Source: the human T2T-CHM13v2.0 reference genome, Homo sapiens
Length of the DNA stretch: 64,000 bases
Assembly: GCF_009914755.1 (NCBI RefSeq)
Contig: NC_060925.1
Reading direction: 5' to 3' (one strand)
Below the pieces are notes generated by a model. It saw only the letters and a program-made list of their open reading frames with translations. It did no database searches and was not told the DNA's origin. Positions 1 through 19,731 of the stretch are shown piece after piece (the first letter of the stretch is position 1; each line of letters begins with the position of its first letter). The position numbers and the translations under genes were made by a program.

Positions 1-169
1 GCGAGCAGACTACTTGAACTCAGGAGTTCAAGACCAGCCTGGGCAACACGGTGAAATCCCGTCTCTACAAAACATACAAAAACTAACCAGGCATGGTGGC
101 GCATGTGTAGTCCTAGCTACTTGGGTTGGGGGGGCGGGAGGGGCTGCAGGCCTTGAGCCTGGGAGGTCA

Positions 170-529
<360 letters not shown>

Positions 530-1010
530 TCAAAAAAAAAAAAAAAAAAAAAGGGAAGGGGAAAGAGAGGGAAGGAGGGAGGGAAAGGTAATTGCTAAGT
601 CAAAGGAAAAAAATGAAGGAAGGAAGGAAAAGAAAGATAATTGCTAAGTCAAAGAAAAAAAAGTCTCGCCATTTTCCCCAGGCTGGTCTTGAATTCCTGG
701 GCTCAAGTAATCCTCCTACCTCAGCCTCCCAAAGTGCTGGCACTACAGGTATGAGCCTCCGTGCTCAGCCCAATAACTCTATTTCTAAGAATCTAAAGAA
801 ATAATATGAAATAGGAAAAAAAAGTTTAGGTACAAAGAAGTTCTTTTTAGCATCATATGTAACAGCAAAATCTTCAAAACAATTTAGATGTCCCAAAATA
901 GGAAGTTAAGTACATCCTTTCACGCAACCATTAAAAATTATGTTTATGGCTGTGCGCAGTGGCTCATGCCTGTAATCCCAGCACTTTGAGAAGCCAAGGC
1001 AGGCGGATCA

Positions 1011-1310
<300 letters not shown>

Positions 1311-1948
1311 TCATGTCTGTAATCCCAACACTTTAGGACGTCGAGATGGGAGGGCTGCTTGAGCCTAGGAGTTTTAGACCAGCCTGGTCAACGTAGTGAG
1401 ACCATGTCTTTAAAAAAAAAAAAAAAAATAGCCAGGTATGGTGCCATGTGCCTGTGGTCCCAGCTACTCGGAGAACTGAAGTAGGAGGATTGCTTCCTGG
1501 GCCCAGGAAGTTGAGGCTACAATGAGCCATGATCATGCCACTGCACTCCAGCCTGGGCAACAGAGCAAGACTCTGTCTCCGAAATGTGTGTGTGTGTGTA
1601 TTGCTTATTATTTATATAAGGTGCCAAAATGTGTGTGTGCGTGTGTATTGCTTATTATTTATATAAGGTGAAAAGACTAGGCCATGTAAAACTATATAAT
1701 TACATAACTATTAAAAACAATTTACATATAAAGACTGAAGGACATGCACTAAAAAACATGGTAGTAGATTTTGGCCTTTTTATTGTTCTTTCTAACTTTC
1801 TGTATTTTCCAATCTTTCTTTAAAAGAAATATGGGCCGGGTGCAGTGGCTCGTGCCTGTAATCCCGCACTTCGGGAGGCCAAGGCGGGTGGATCACGAGG
1901 TCAGGAGATCGAGACCATCCTGGCTAACACGGTGAAACCCCGTCTCTA

Positions 1949-2484
<536 letters not shown>

Positions 2485-4023
2485 TTAGGACAGGTGAAGT
2501 GGCTCACGCCTGTAATCCCAGTACTTTGGGAGGCCAAGGCAGGAGGACTGCTTGAGCAGGAGTTTGAGGCTGCAGTGGGCCATGATTGTGCCTCTGCACT
2601 CCAGCCAGGGTACAAGACCCTGTCTCTAAAAAAACCAAAAAGAAAATTTTTAAAGACTTCCTTTAATATATTTTTCTGATTACCAATCATACATGTTCAT
2701 TTCAAAAATCTGAAAAATCAAAAACAAAAGAAACCGTAAGTCACCCATAATACTATTACCCAGAAATGTGGTATATATTCTTTCAGTTTTTTCCTATGTA
2801 CATGTTATACATATCTTTTGACAGTGAAATACTATAATACTGTAACCTTTCTTAATAGATTGTGAACATCTTTCTACACTGAAACATATTTGTCGCTTAT
2901 AACTACATAGCATTCCATTTTAAATATACTATGACTTTCTCAAGTGATGCCCTAATTTTGATATTTATAATACTTTTGTTTGTTACTGTACATAAACATA
3001 ACACAGTGTTTAAAGAGTAAGCTACAAAGCTAAACCCCTAAGGTTCATATCCTATATCTGACACTTACTAGCTTTACAATCTTAGAAAGTTACTTATTCA
3101 GCTTATGCTTCAGCAAATGGTTAAAATCTGTAAAGCTACTGAACATATAACAAGTCTTAATATGTTACTCATGTTACCACTGAACCCAAGCATCACTCTT
3201 CCATTACTATTGGTGGGACAAAACTTAAAGACTGGTTATAATTAGCTGCACAATTTTTAAAAAGAAAAAGAAGGAAAAAGGAAAATTTAATACCAAAAAG
3301 TAAATAAAATAGTGCCCATTCTTCCAGGCCCCTCTAAGGCAACCTCCTTTCTGAAGCTTTTCTCAGTCTTTACCAACAAATGCATATTTCCATACACAGA
3401 AAAACATAGTATCAAATTTGTTCCTAACAAAACTAGGCATATTCTATCATATATTCATGTGTATAATAATTATTTCTATCAGAACACAACCAACTTAGAA
3501 ACAAGGACTGTGTCTTATTCATCTTTGTATCCTACTTGGAATCAGCACAATGCCATAACACTAATTAGGAATTTAATAAATACTTTTGGAGCTGAATGGA
3601 CTCTGCATTCCAAACCAAGCAACATATCAATAACTTAGAAGACAGCTATTCTAGAGCTCAGCATTCTCTAAATTCAGAAAAGCAGCCTACCAAAATGATT
3701 TTGGGAAAACAGAAACAAAGCTTAATGAAAGCAGCAAACAGTTTTCTCAGGCATAGTAAAATCTCTGGGCTTAGCTACAGTCCTTTATCTTACGGAAATT
3801 TTGGTTTAAAAAAAGAACTGCTTACGGGAAACTTGGATAAAAACAAATTCTTCATAAACAAAAATACAGGGACTAAGGAGACTTATATGACAGTAGTGTA
3901 GTAAGTAATCAAGTTGAAGTGAGATGGTCAGGAATAGCGAAGTGAGTTCAGCAACTAAATAAATTCAGCAACTAAAGTTGGTTTATAGGAGAGATATTCA
4001 TAACACACTACACTCAAACTCAC

Positions 4024-4135
4024 CCTGGTCGCCGCTTAATAGCCCTCTGGACAATGGCTCCTCCACCTTGAATTCCAGGTCCAGAGTTTCCAGAGGCAAT
4101 GGCTGGACCCAGTGATGGTACATCTGATGTCATTT
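4024..4135 (-). CDS. ARNT: ARNT exon 2 (112 nt), (E)[36 protein letters not shown](G)
   Basis: Acceptor ttttcctgacAG|AAATGAC and donor CCAGG|GTGAGT. Phase 1 matches exon 1. The remaining ARNT exons lie beyond position 1. Confidence 0.97.
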
Positions 4136-4497
4136 CTGTCAGGAAAATAATGAAGTAAACATTTTTAAAAAGACAGTCCTTGCTTATCATCAGTATCATC
4201 AAGTTAGCTAAAAGAAAGGTTCAAGCTATAGACAAAATCTCAGCAGTTTGCTAAAAATCCCAAATGCTCATATCCAGATTGCTCTTCTTGATTTTTTTTT
4301 TTTTTTTTTGAGACCAGGTCTCACTCTGTTGCCTGGGCTAGAGTGCACTGGTATAATCACTGGTATAGGTCACTACAGCCTCAAACTCCTGGGCTCAAGC
4401 AATCCTCCCACCTCAGCTTCTGGAATAGCTAGGACTATAGGCCCGCACTACCACACCCAGTTAATTTTTTTTTTTTTTTTTAGAGATGGGGTCTTGA

Positions 4498-4716
<219 letters not shown>

Positions 4717-5825
4717 TAACAATATACTAATATTGTATAGACTTAATAATATACTAATTTAAAAAAAAATACATACATAAATGGGTTTATACATTTCATT
4801 CATGCAACAAATATTTATAACTTATTTTATTTATTGTGATTGGAAAATACAGAAAACCCCAAAGGAAAAATCACCTAAATTCCAATACTTAAAAGAAAAT
4901 TATGTAAAGTAAAACTGAAAGTCCCTCATTATTGTCTCCCTTTCCTGCCCCCCGTACCTCTCCTCTCTCCTTCCAATTCAATCTCATCCCCCAGCAGTAA
5001 CCATTAGTAACAGCTGAGTACTTTTTTTTTTTTTTTTTTAAGACAGGGTCTCACTTTGTCCAGCCCAGGCTGGAGTACAGTGGCATGATCATGGCTTACT
5101 GCAGCCTCAACCTCCCGGGCTCCAGTGATCCTCCTGTCTCAGCTTCCTAAGTAGCTGGGACTACAGATGGGTACCACCACACCTCGGTGATTTTTTTTTT
5201 CTTTTTTTTTCTTTGTAGAGATAGGGTCTCACTGTGTTCCCCAGGCTGGTCTCAAACTCCTGAGCTCAAGCAATACTCCCACCTCAGCTTCCCAAAGCAC
5301 TGGAATTATAGGTTTGAGCCACTGAGCCCAGCCCTGAGTATATTTTCTCTTATTTTTCAATCTCAGTTTATATATACCTAACTCTGTAATCAAAAAGAGG
5401 TGCAGGCTGGGCACAGTGGCGGATGCCTGGAATCCTAGAGCTTTGGGAGACCAAGGTGGGCAGATCACTTGAGCCCAGGAGTTCGAGACTAGCCTTTGCA
5501 ACACAGTGAAACCTCATCTGTACAAAAAATACAAGTTAGCCAGCATGGTGGCCCATGCCTGTAGTCCCAGCTACTCAAGAGGTTGATGTGGGAGGATCAC
5601 TTGAGCCTGGGAAGTCGAGGCTGCAGTGAGTCGTGATTGCACCACTGCACTCCACCCTGGGCAACAGAGCAAGATCCTGTCTAAAAAAAAAAAAAGGGTG
5701 CATTTTTCTCTTAGTAAAAAATGGAGGCCTGATCTTCAACTTGCTCGTCATTTCAATATACATCATGAATATCTATCTACACACATCTCATTGTTTTTTG
5801 TTAGTTCATACTGTATAGTGTACAA

Positions 5826-7210
<1,385 letters not shown>

Positions 7211-7444
7211 GGGCTGAACATGGTGGCTTACACCTGTAAGGCTAGCACTTTAAAAGGCCGAGGGAGGAGGATCATTTGAGTCCAGAAGTTCAAGACCACC
7301 CTGGGCAACACAGTGAGACCCTATCTCTAAAAAAAATGAACAAAATTGGCCATACATGTGGTATGTGCCTGATTACAGGCATGAGTCACCACGCCCAGCC
7401 AGGGTTTCGGTAATTTTTACCCAAAAAAAAGGGTCATACTATAC

Positions 7445-7745
7445 AAACAGTCCTGACTTATAATGGTTCCATGTAGGGCTTTTCACCTTTATGATAGTGG
7501 GAAACCATTACAATTTCAGTGTAATGTACAGTGTTCTGTAAATTACATAATATCCAGTACTTTATTATAAAGTAGAATTTAAGTTAGATTATTTTGCCCA
7601 CTGCAGGCTAATGTAAGTATTCCACACACATTTAAGGTAGTCTAGGCTAAGAATAGGTTAAGTGTATTAAATGTATTTTTGACTTAGGATGTTTTCAATT
7701 TACAATGGGTTTATCAAGCCATAACCCCACCATAAGTACAGATGT
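7445..7745. mobile_element. Tigger-family MITE (MER47-like)
   Basis: GACTTATAATGG...CCATAAGT termini and internal TAAGGTAGTCTAGGCTAAG...TAGGTTAAGTGTATTAAATG. Confidence 0.65.
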
Positions 7746-8476
7746 ACTTATTCTGAACTTTTTCCCTTCCACGTAACAATATATTGCTATGGCAATAAAT
7801 ACACACGTAGATCATTCTTTTTAACAGTTACATAGTACTCTGTACTATAAATGTATAGTTATGACATTCAAACCTTCACTATTATAAATAATGTTTCAAG
7901 GAACATCATTGTGTATCTTCATGCACAGGTGCCAGTACTTCCATATTATTTCTGAAAATGACTCCCTGGGCCTAAGGGTAGACACATTTAAAACTCTGAT
8001 TGCCCATTACCTGCCAAGGAGGTTATACCAATTTAAAGCCTCATCCACTGCATCAATTTAGCCATACCTCCAACAGCACTGTGTTTTGGGAATCCTTCAA
8101 ATTTGTGGTCATTTTCTTGGTAAAAAACAATTACCACTGTTAGTTTAACATACATTAAGGCTGAGTATATTTTTATGTTACTGCTAATTTTTCTATTTCA
8201 GCCTATAAATTTGAAATAGTAAGCATATGTTACTTTCCTAAGAAAAAACACTTTTTCCATTAAAAAAAAAAGTTCAGGGCCAAGTGCAGTGGCTCATGCC
8301 TATAATCCCAGCACTTTGGGAGGTCAAGGCATGAGGATTGCTTGAGCTCAGGAGTTCAAAACTAGCCTGAGCAACATAGTGAGATCCTGCCTCTGTAAAA
8401 AAAAAAAAAAAAAAAAAAAAAAAGTTCATACTTTTAGTAATACGTTTATATAGGATATAAGAGTACCATGGAGTCA

Positions 8477-8832
<356 letters not shown>

Positions 8833-8841
8833 TTAAGGTCA

Positions 8842-9096
<255 letters not shown>

Positions 9097-9133
9097 TTAA
9101 GGCCTGGCATAGTACTTGCAGAGAAGATGCTCA

Positions 9134-9367
<234 letters not shown>

Positions 9368-9586
9368 TTACCAGGCGCCTGTAATCCCAGCTACTCAGGA
9401 GGCTGAGATAGGAGAATTGCTTGAACCCAGGAGGCAGAGGTTGCAGTGAGCCAATCGAGCCACTGAACTCCAGCCTGGGCAACAAGAGCAAAACTCCGTC
9501 TCAAAAAAAAAAAGTAAAGAAGAAGAAAAAGGCATTCCACATAGATAAAAGTACATGAGCAAGTCTAAAGGGAGATATGAAAATAC

Positions 9587-10000
9587 AGTTATGTATCACT
9601 TAACAACAGGGATATGTTCTGAGAAATGTGTCATTAGGAGATTTCAACATTGTGTGAATATCATTGAGTATACTTACACAAATCTAGATGGTACAGCCAC
9701 TACACACCTAGGTATGTAGGTGTATAGCCTACATACCTATATGTAGCCTATTACTCCCAGTAACAGCCTATTACTCCCAACCTGTACAACATGTTACTAT
9801 ACTGAATACTGTAGGCAACTATAACTCAGTGGTAACTATTTATGTATCTAAACATAGAAAAAGTAATGTGTTGTGCTAAGACCTTATGACAACTATGATG
9901 TCACTGGGCAATAGGAATTTTTCATCTCCATTATAATCTTATGGGACCACCATCATACATGCAGTCCTTTGATGACCAAAGTGTCATTAGGTGACACATA
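9587..10000. mobile_element. Tigger3a-like DNA transposon remnant
   Basis: CAGTTATGTATCACTTAACAACAGGGATATGTTCTGAGAAATG start and ATTATAATCTTATGGGACCACC segment resemble the Tigger3 family. Confidence 0.75.
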
Positions 10001-10036
10001 ACAGCAACTGTGAAGAGCTGTAAAGAAAAAGACCTA

Positions 10037-10484
10037 TTGGAACCAACCCAAATGTCCAACAATGATAGACTGGATTAAGAAAATGTGGCACATATACACC
10101 ATGGAATACTATGCAGCCATAAAAAATGATGAGTTCATGTCCTTTGTAGGGACATGGACGAAATTGGAAATCATCATTCTCAGTAAACTATCGCAAGATC
10201 AAAAAACCAAACACCGCATATTCTCACTCATAGGTGGGAACTGAACAATGAGATCACATGGACACAGGAAGGGGAATATCACACTCTGGGGACTGTGGTG
10301 GGGTGGGGGGAGGGGGGAGGGATAGCATTGGGAGATATACCTAATGCTAGATGACCAGTTAGTGGGTGCAGCGCACCAGCATGGCACATGTATACATATG
10401 TAACTAACCTGCACAATGTGCACATGTACCCTAAAACTTAAAGTATAATAAAAAAAAAAAAAATAAATAAATAAATAAATAAAA
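10037..10484 (+). mobile_element. Young 5'-truncated L1 (L1PA2-like): end of ORF2, 3' UTR and poly(A)
   Basis: MIDWIKKMWHIYTMEYYAAIKNDEFMSF ORF2 C-terminus and the G-rich 3' UTR. Lacks the Ta-diagnostic ACA (reads CAG) and has CTTAAAGT. TSD AAAGAAAAAGACCTAT. Confidence 0.93.
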
Positions 10485-11609
10485 GAAATATGATAAACAT
10501 ATAAATAATATGTGGTGGAATGTAAAAAAAAAATTGCCCCTGAAGAAAACAAAATGGTTTTCTTTAAATCAAAAAAAAAAAAAAAAAGAAAGAAAAAGAC
10601 CTATAAAAGGTAAGATGTCAAGTGCTAACCAAGAGAAAGCTTTGAATGCCACGATGAAACACCTGGATCAGATTCAACAAAGACAAACATATAACTTTAA
10701 GTCTGAGTAACAAGATGAAAATATAAATTAAAATTAATCTGACAGATTTAAAGTTTGAAGTAATAGAAGTAGGAAGACAAGATTAATAAAAAAAACAAGG
10801 TGATAAAGGCCTAAATGAGGATGGCACAACGAAAAGGTAGTTACTTCTAAAATTTTAAACTATGCAACTTCTGAGTAAGGATAGTGAATTAAATGTATCT
10901 ATCTATTTCTACTCTCTTCTCTCTTCACTCACACACAGGAAAAAAATTTTTAAAAGCAAAAATTTTTACACAAGACATAAAACCACAAGGATGGAAAGAA
11001 TAAGAGAAGAAGAGCAATAATTTTTTTGAAACTAGAGATAAAATGGACTATTGCCTTGGGAGATCGACAAGAACTAAATCCTAAACTGACAAGGGAAAAA
11101 GCAGAAAACCAACTCAATTTACGCTATGGAATTCCCCAAAGTCTCAGAAGCTGGTGAGTCCAGGTAACTCTGGGTATGCAGGGTAGGGTGAATGAAGTGA
11201 AAATAAGGAGAATTAGTTCAGCATCTGTTTACTACAGAGATGGATTCCTAGATCCTTTTCTCTATTCCTTCTAACCAAGGCAACTACCCCTCTCCATTCT
11301 GTCAAAAGACAGATTTACTCTCTGGAGAGTATAAATCAAAGGTCTTACAGTCTAGTGAACACGACGTAAAGGTGAAAGTGAGGGACCCGTACTGAAAACA
11401 GGAAAACTAACACCAATGTATGCATACTACATGCTTCATTTTTCTTCTGTGTTATACTGCCTATTTCCTATATTTCGTATCTCCACTTTCTTGGTTTACT
11501 ATCTCCTACTGGTAGAGCCTATCTTCTAGTGGATTCCTGAAAGGGTGTAAGAAATGCCTTGGATGTATGAAAATATTTCTTCTATTTCACTAATTGATAG
11601 TTTGCCTAG

Positions 11610-12003
<394 letters not shown>

Positions 12004-12687
12004 TGAGAAAAAAGACCAATCTGATACCTGAATCTTTTGAATGTGAATAATCTTATTCTCTCTGAAGCTTATAGGATATTCTCTATCTGATGCTGAAATT
12101 TCAGCATAATGGGCCTTGATGTGTGCACAGCCCCTTTGATCTGGAAACTAATGTCTTTCACTGGGACACTTTATTTAAACAGAAACAAAGAATTCTGTTA
12201 AAAGAAATAAAAATGATGCCACTGGAGAGAAGGAAATGAGAGAAAGGGAGCAGAGGACTCCCTTATAATTTTTTTGTAACAAACATTTTATAAAACTATC
12301 TAAGTCTTTAAATATTAATATATGGATGTATAGTTTTGATTTAAATAACTTTTATATATGTATGTATACACACATACATATACACACACACACACGTATA
12401 TTTGGCAAAAGACCTGAGAAGAGTTAATAACCCAGATAAACACATAAAAAATAAAATCCAAACACTTATAGTTCCTTAGCCTGGGGAAATGAAAAACTGA
12501 ATTGTGATAGTGATGAAAGATACAGAAAGGTAGGAAGAACAGCAGATTTAAAGGAAATACTGGTGAGTACATACATATATAGGATGTTAAAGATTATTCA
12601 AATAGAGGCTGGGCGCAATGGCTCACACTTGTAATCCCAGCACTGTGGGAGGCCAAGGCAGGTGGATCACTTGAGGACGGGAGTTCA

Positions 12688-12885
<198 letters not shown>

Positions 12886-13323
12886 TTAAAAACAACAACA
12901 ACAAAAAAAAAAAAACAGATTACTCAAATAGAGCTGGGCATCGTGTCATACACCTATAATCCCAGCTACTAGGGAGACCAAGATGGGGGGACTACTTGAG
13001 CTCAGCAGTTCAAGACCAGTCTGGGCAATACAGTGAGACCTCATTTCTATAAATTAAAAAAAAAAAAAACTATTCAAACAGAGATGCAGCCAGGCACAAT
13101 GGCACACACCTGTAGTCCAGCTACTCAGGTTGCTGAAGTGGGAGGAATGCTTGAGCCCAGGATTTCAAGACCAGCCTGGGCAACATAGTAAAACCCTGTC
13201 TCAACTTTAAAAGAAAAAGAGAGAGATATCTTTTAAATAGATAAAAATATAGGAAAGTAGTTTATGTGAGAAGCCAGGAATGAAATTTTTGGAGTCTTTT
13301 ATACATAAAAGATAAATAAAGGG

Positions 13324-13720
13324 TGATATGGTTTGGCTCTGTGTGTCTCCACCCAAATATCATGTCAAATTGTAATCCCCAGTGTTGAAGGTGCAGTCTG
13401 GTGGGAGGTTATTGGATCATAGGGGTGGTTTCCAAAGGTTTAGCACCATTCCCCTAATGCTCTCTCATGATAGAGTTCTCAAGAGATCTGGTTGTTTGAA
13501 AGTGTGTAGCACCTTCCCCTTCTCTCCCTCTATCCTGCCAGCCATGTGAAGACATGCTTGCTTCCCCTTCGCCTTCCGCCATGATTCCAAGTTTCCTGAG
13601 GCCTCCCCAGCCCTGCCTCCCATACAGCCTGCGGAACTATGAGTCAATTAAACCTCTTTTCTTCATAAATTACCCAGTCTCAGGTAGTTATTTATAGCAG
13701 TGTGAGAATGGACTAATACA
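13324..13720 (+). mobile_element. MaLR solo LTR (MSTA/MST family)
   Basis: TGATATGGTTTGG...CTAATACA termini with a 5-bp TSD AAGGG on both sides. Confidence 0.9.
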
Positions 13721-14322
13721 AAGGGAAGAGGACTATGGTAGGTACCAAGTGAATGTCAAATTGAAGTAGGAAGGCAAGCAGCTAGAAAGGCAGGTAGGTG
13801 GGCAAATGGGAAGAAATGAAGGAAACTGCTTGGTTTACTATTTAGTTCTAGCCCCAAGCCGGGCACTGTGGTGTACACTTGTAATCCCAGCTACTCAGGA
13901 AGCAGAGGTGGGAGGATCATTTGAGCTCAGGAATCCAAGACCAACGTGGGCAACATAGCAAGACCCTGTCTCAAAAAAGAGTCAAGACCCTGTCTCAAAG
14001 AAGAGTCCTAGCCTCAAGGGTGAGAAGAGAAAAGTAGAAGCATACTGAACAAGAGAAAGAAACAAGCAGAAAGATAAGCAAAAAGGACAAAGAAGGAACA
14101 ATCAGTGATAAAGACCTAGCAACAGTGTCTCTGAAACCAAGTTTCTAGGAGAGGCTCAATTATGGAGTATCAAGAACTTGTAGAGGATTCTAATAACAAT
14201 CCTAAAAGCTGCAGTGCATGATTCATGCCTGTAATCTCAGCAATCTGGGAGGCCAACAGCAGGAGGATCACTCAAGGACAGTAGTTCAAGACCAGCCTGG
14301 GCAGGCCGGGCGCGGTGGCTCA

Positions 14323-14661
<339 letters not shown>

Positions 14662-14973
14662 TTAGCTGGGCATGATGGTGCATACCTATGGTCCCAACTA
14701 TTCAGGAAACTGAGGAGTGAGAATCGCTTGAGCCTAGGAATTGGAGGTGTTGCAGGAAGCTATGGTCACGCTACTGCACTCCAGCCTGGCTGACACAACA
14801 GGACCTTGTCTCAAAAAAACCCTTAAAAGTATTTAAAGAATTGAAACATAGAACTAGGAGAAAGAAATATAGAATGTTAGGCTGGGCGCGCTAGCTCAAG
14901 CCTATAATCCCAGCACTTTGGGAGGCTGAGGTGGGCGGATCACGAGGTCAGGAGATCGAGGCCATCCTGGCTA

Positions 14974-15199
<226 letters not shown>

Positions 15200-15759
15200 T
15201 TACAGAAAAGATTTTAGGAAACTACTCCTTTTTTTTTTTTTTTCCTAGAGACAGGGGCTCACTCTGTCAACCAGATTAGAGTCCAGTGGCATGATCATGG
15301 CTCACTGCAGCCCTGACCTAGCAAGCTCAGAGATCCTCCCACCACCTCAGCCTCCCAAGTAGTTGGGACTATAGGCATCCACCACCACATCTAGCTAATT
15401 TTTTTATATATATTTTTGTGGAGACAAGGTCTCCCTATATTGCTCAGGCTGGTCTCCAACTCCTGGGCTTAAACAATCCTCTCACCCTGGCCTCTCAAAG
15501 TGCTGAGATTACAGGTATGAGCCACCACACTCAGCCTGGAAACTACTGTTCTAGCTCCTTTTTTTAGCACCTTGCACTTGGTTCTCCAACCAAGCAATGC
15601 CTTGCCCCCAGGCTGCCTAATGTGGTATTTCACCCTTTTCATCTACAAAAAAGACAATACTCCACCTACCTCCTTCTCAAAAGATATCCATTGTACTATA
15701 TTTCAGTAGGAAGGTGACTCTAAGTCACAATGGAAAAAATCATAACTTGGAGATTAAGA

Positions 15760-15970
15760 ATGATGACTGTGTAGATGGACTGCCAACAATAAAATTCTGT
15801 CTCTAACTTCTAGTAGCTATGTGACTTCAGACAAGTTACTTATTCACTCTCTGTGCCTTAGTTTCCTCATCTGTAAAACAAGAATAATAATACTTACCTA
15901 ATACGATTGTTATAAAAATTAAATGAGAACAGCTGGTAAGTATTACTAATAAATATTAGATATTATTATA
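15760..15970 (+). mobile_element. MIR element
   Basis: MIR core TCTCTGTGCCTTAGTTTCCTCATCTGTAAAA...ATAATA. Confidence 0.8.
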
Positions 15971-16203
15971 GTTAGTACAAATTCATGATGTCAATGGCTT
16001 AATTAGTTTTATCCCTTCAAAGGTATTTCATATTAACAGTGGGTTTTACATTCATTTTTATTCCACAAACATACATTGAACTCTAATCCAACATACTAGG
16101 CACCCACTGTAAGCACTGCAATGCTCTGGTAAACAAGGAAAGCAAAAGTTCTGCTCTCATGGAACTTATATCCTAAGTATGCTGGTTTTGTTGTGTTTTT
16201 TGA

Positions 16204-16493
<290 letters not shown>

Positions 16494-16924
16494 TAAGTAT
16501 ACTGTTGAATCCATAAACTTACTTGTCCATTCAACTACAATGAAAACGTGGAGGGAAAATATAAAATGGGCCTCAGAGGGTGGCTCACACCTGTAACCCC
16601 GGCACTCTGGGAGGCCGAGGCAGGAGGATTGCTTGAGCCCAGGAGTTTGAGACCAGCCGGGGCAATATAGTGAGACCCGGTCACTATCTAAAATAATAAA
16701 AACTTTAAAACAAGAAAATACATTGACGAAATTATGAAAAGTGACATAAATTTGAAGAGTTTATGTGAAAAGTTGGAGACAGTTGCTACAGACTAGACAT
16801 AAAGATTAGCAACAAAATAGGAAAGTGCAGCCTGGCATATAGAAGGAACTTAATTATCCACTCCTTTCCCTGGGTTTGTCTCCTTAAGTGTAAAATGATA
16901 GGTGTTGTCATATTTCCAACCTGA

Positions 16925-17949
<1,025 letters not shown>

Positions 17950-18748
17950 TGACATCTTAACTTTACATTGCATGAATTCCTATTTTCCCATATCTGAAAA
18001 AGGTAAATAAAGGTAACAGGTAAGAATTGTGTTAATTGACGCAGTTAAAACTAAGTTATATAGGTGAAAATTAGCTAAAAAAAATTTTCTTCCTAAATGA
18101 CAGCCTTACAAACCCAAACGGTATTACCCTTTTCCTTCTACATTCTTCATCCACAGTAACTTGTACATAATAGCACAAAAAGAATTCTCTGCTAATGAGA
18201 ATACCAGAATCAAGAGAGATAAAAACCTACACTTACTACAAACTCATTCAACATCTCTAGTTTGAATTTGGAATTGTAAATCAAATACCTAATCTCCTCC
18301 CAACTGTTCCCTCAGCCAATGCATTACAAATGACACATTCAATTTAAAAAGTGTTCCACCTTGGCTGGGCATGGTGGTCATGCCTATAATCCCAGCTCTT
18401 GGGGAGTGCCCAACGCAGGAAGATCACTTGAGGCCAGGAGTTAAAGACCAGCCTGGGCAACATAGCAAGACCCTGTCTCTAAAAAAAATTTAAAATTAGC
18501 CAGCCACGGTGGTGCACACCTGTGGTCCCACCTACTCAGGAGGCTGAAGTGGGAGGATCACATGCTCCCAGAAGGTCAAGGCTGCAGTGAGCCATGATTG
18601 TGTCACTGCACTCCAGCCTCAGTGACAGAGCAAGACCCTCTCCTATGGGGAAAAAAAATGTGTTCCTCAAAACTTGTCTAGTCCGGGCCGGGCACGGTGA
18701 CTCAAGCCTGTAATCCCAGCACTTTGGGAGGCCGAGGCAGGCGGATCA

Positions 18749-19036
<288 letters not shown>

Positions 19037-19697
19037 CTAAAGTTTCATGGACCACCTACCCACCGAGTTCTACTTGCCAGTGATAAGTAGAACTAGTGAA
19101 AAATGATAGAATATGAAGAATTATCAATTCGAGAAAAAAAATCATCACAGAACTATTACTTCAACACAACTCTTAGAGAGTACCAACCATATTTTACTCT
19201 TCTTCTAATGCAGCACCACAGTGAAAAATGCAGAAGAACGTGGTCCCCTTGAAAAACACTGCAGGGCCACCAGCACAATTAACATGTTCAAGCACTATTA
19301 CTAACCCTAAGGATTAACTTGGCCGGGTCAGTGGCTCACACCTATAATCCCAGCAGTTTAGGAGGCTAAGGTGGGAGGATTGCTTGAGGACAGGAGTTCA
19401 AGATCAGCCTGGGCAACATAGCAAGATCCCATTTCTACAAAAAGTTAAAAAATGTATCCAGGTGTGGTGGTGTGTGTCTGTAGACCCAGATACTCAGGAG
19501 GCTGAGGTGGGAAGATCACTTGAGCTCAGGAGTTCAAGGCTACAGTGAGCTGTGATTACACCATTGCACTACAGTCTGGGAGACAGAGCAAGAACCTGTC
19601 TGAAAAATAAAAATAAGTATTATTTTTAAAAAGGATTAACTGAAGTGAAGGTTAAAGAGTGAAATATTTTTTAAAATCTTGACAAAACTAACAAGAA

Positions 19698-19731
<34 letters not shown>

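Noticed and set aside
589-654. Short direct repeats (TAATTGCTAAGTCAAAG twice; similar ones at about 3946, 13958, 24078 and 26621)
   Set aside because: Ordinary slippage micro-duplications with no further structure.
4136-4202. N-terminal extension MMILMISK... of the exon 2 ORF
   Set aside because: Intronic sequence upstream of the splice acceptor.
10062-10244. L1 ORF2 C-terminal ORF as an active element
   Set aside because: Only about 450 bp of L1 remain, with no promoter, endonuclease or RT domain.
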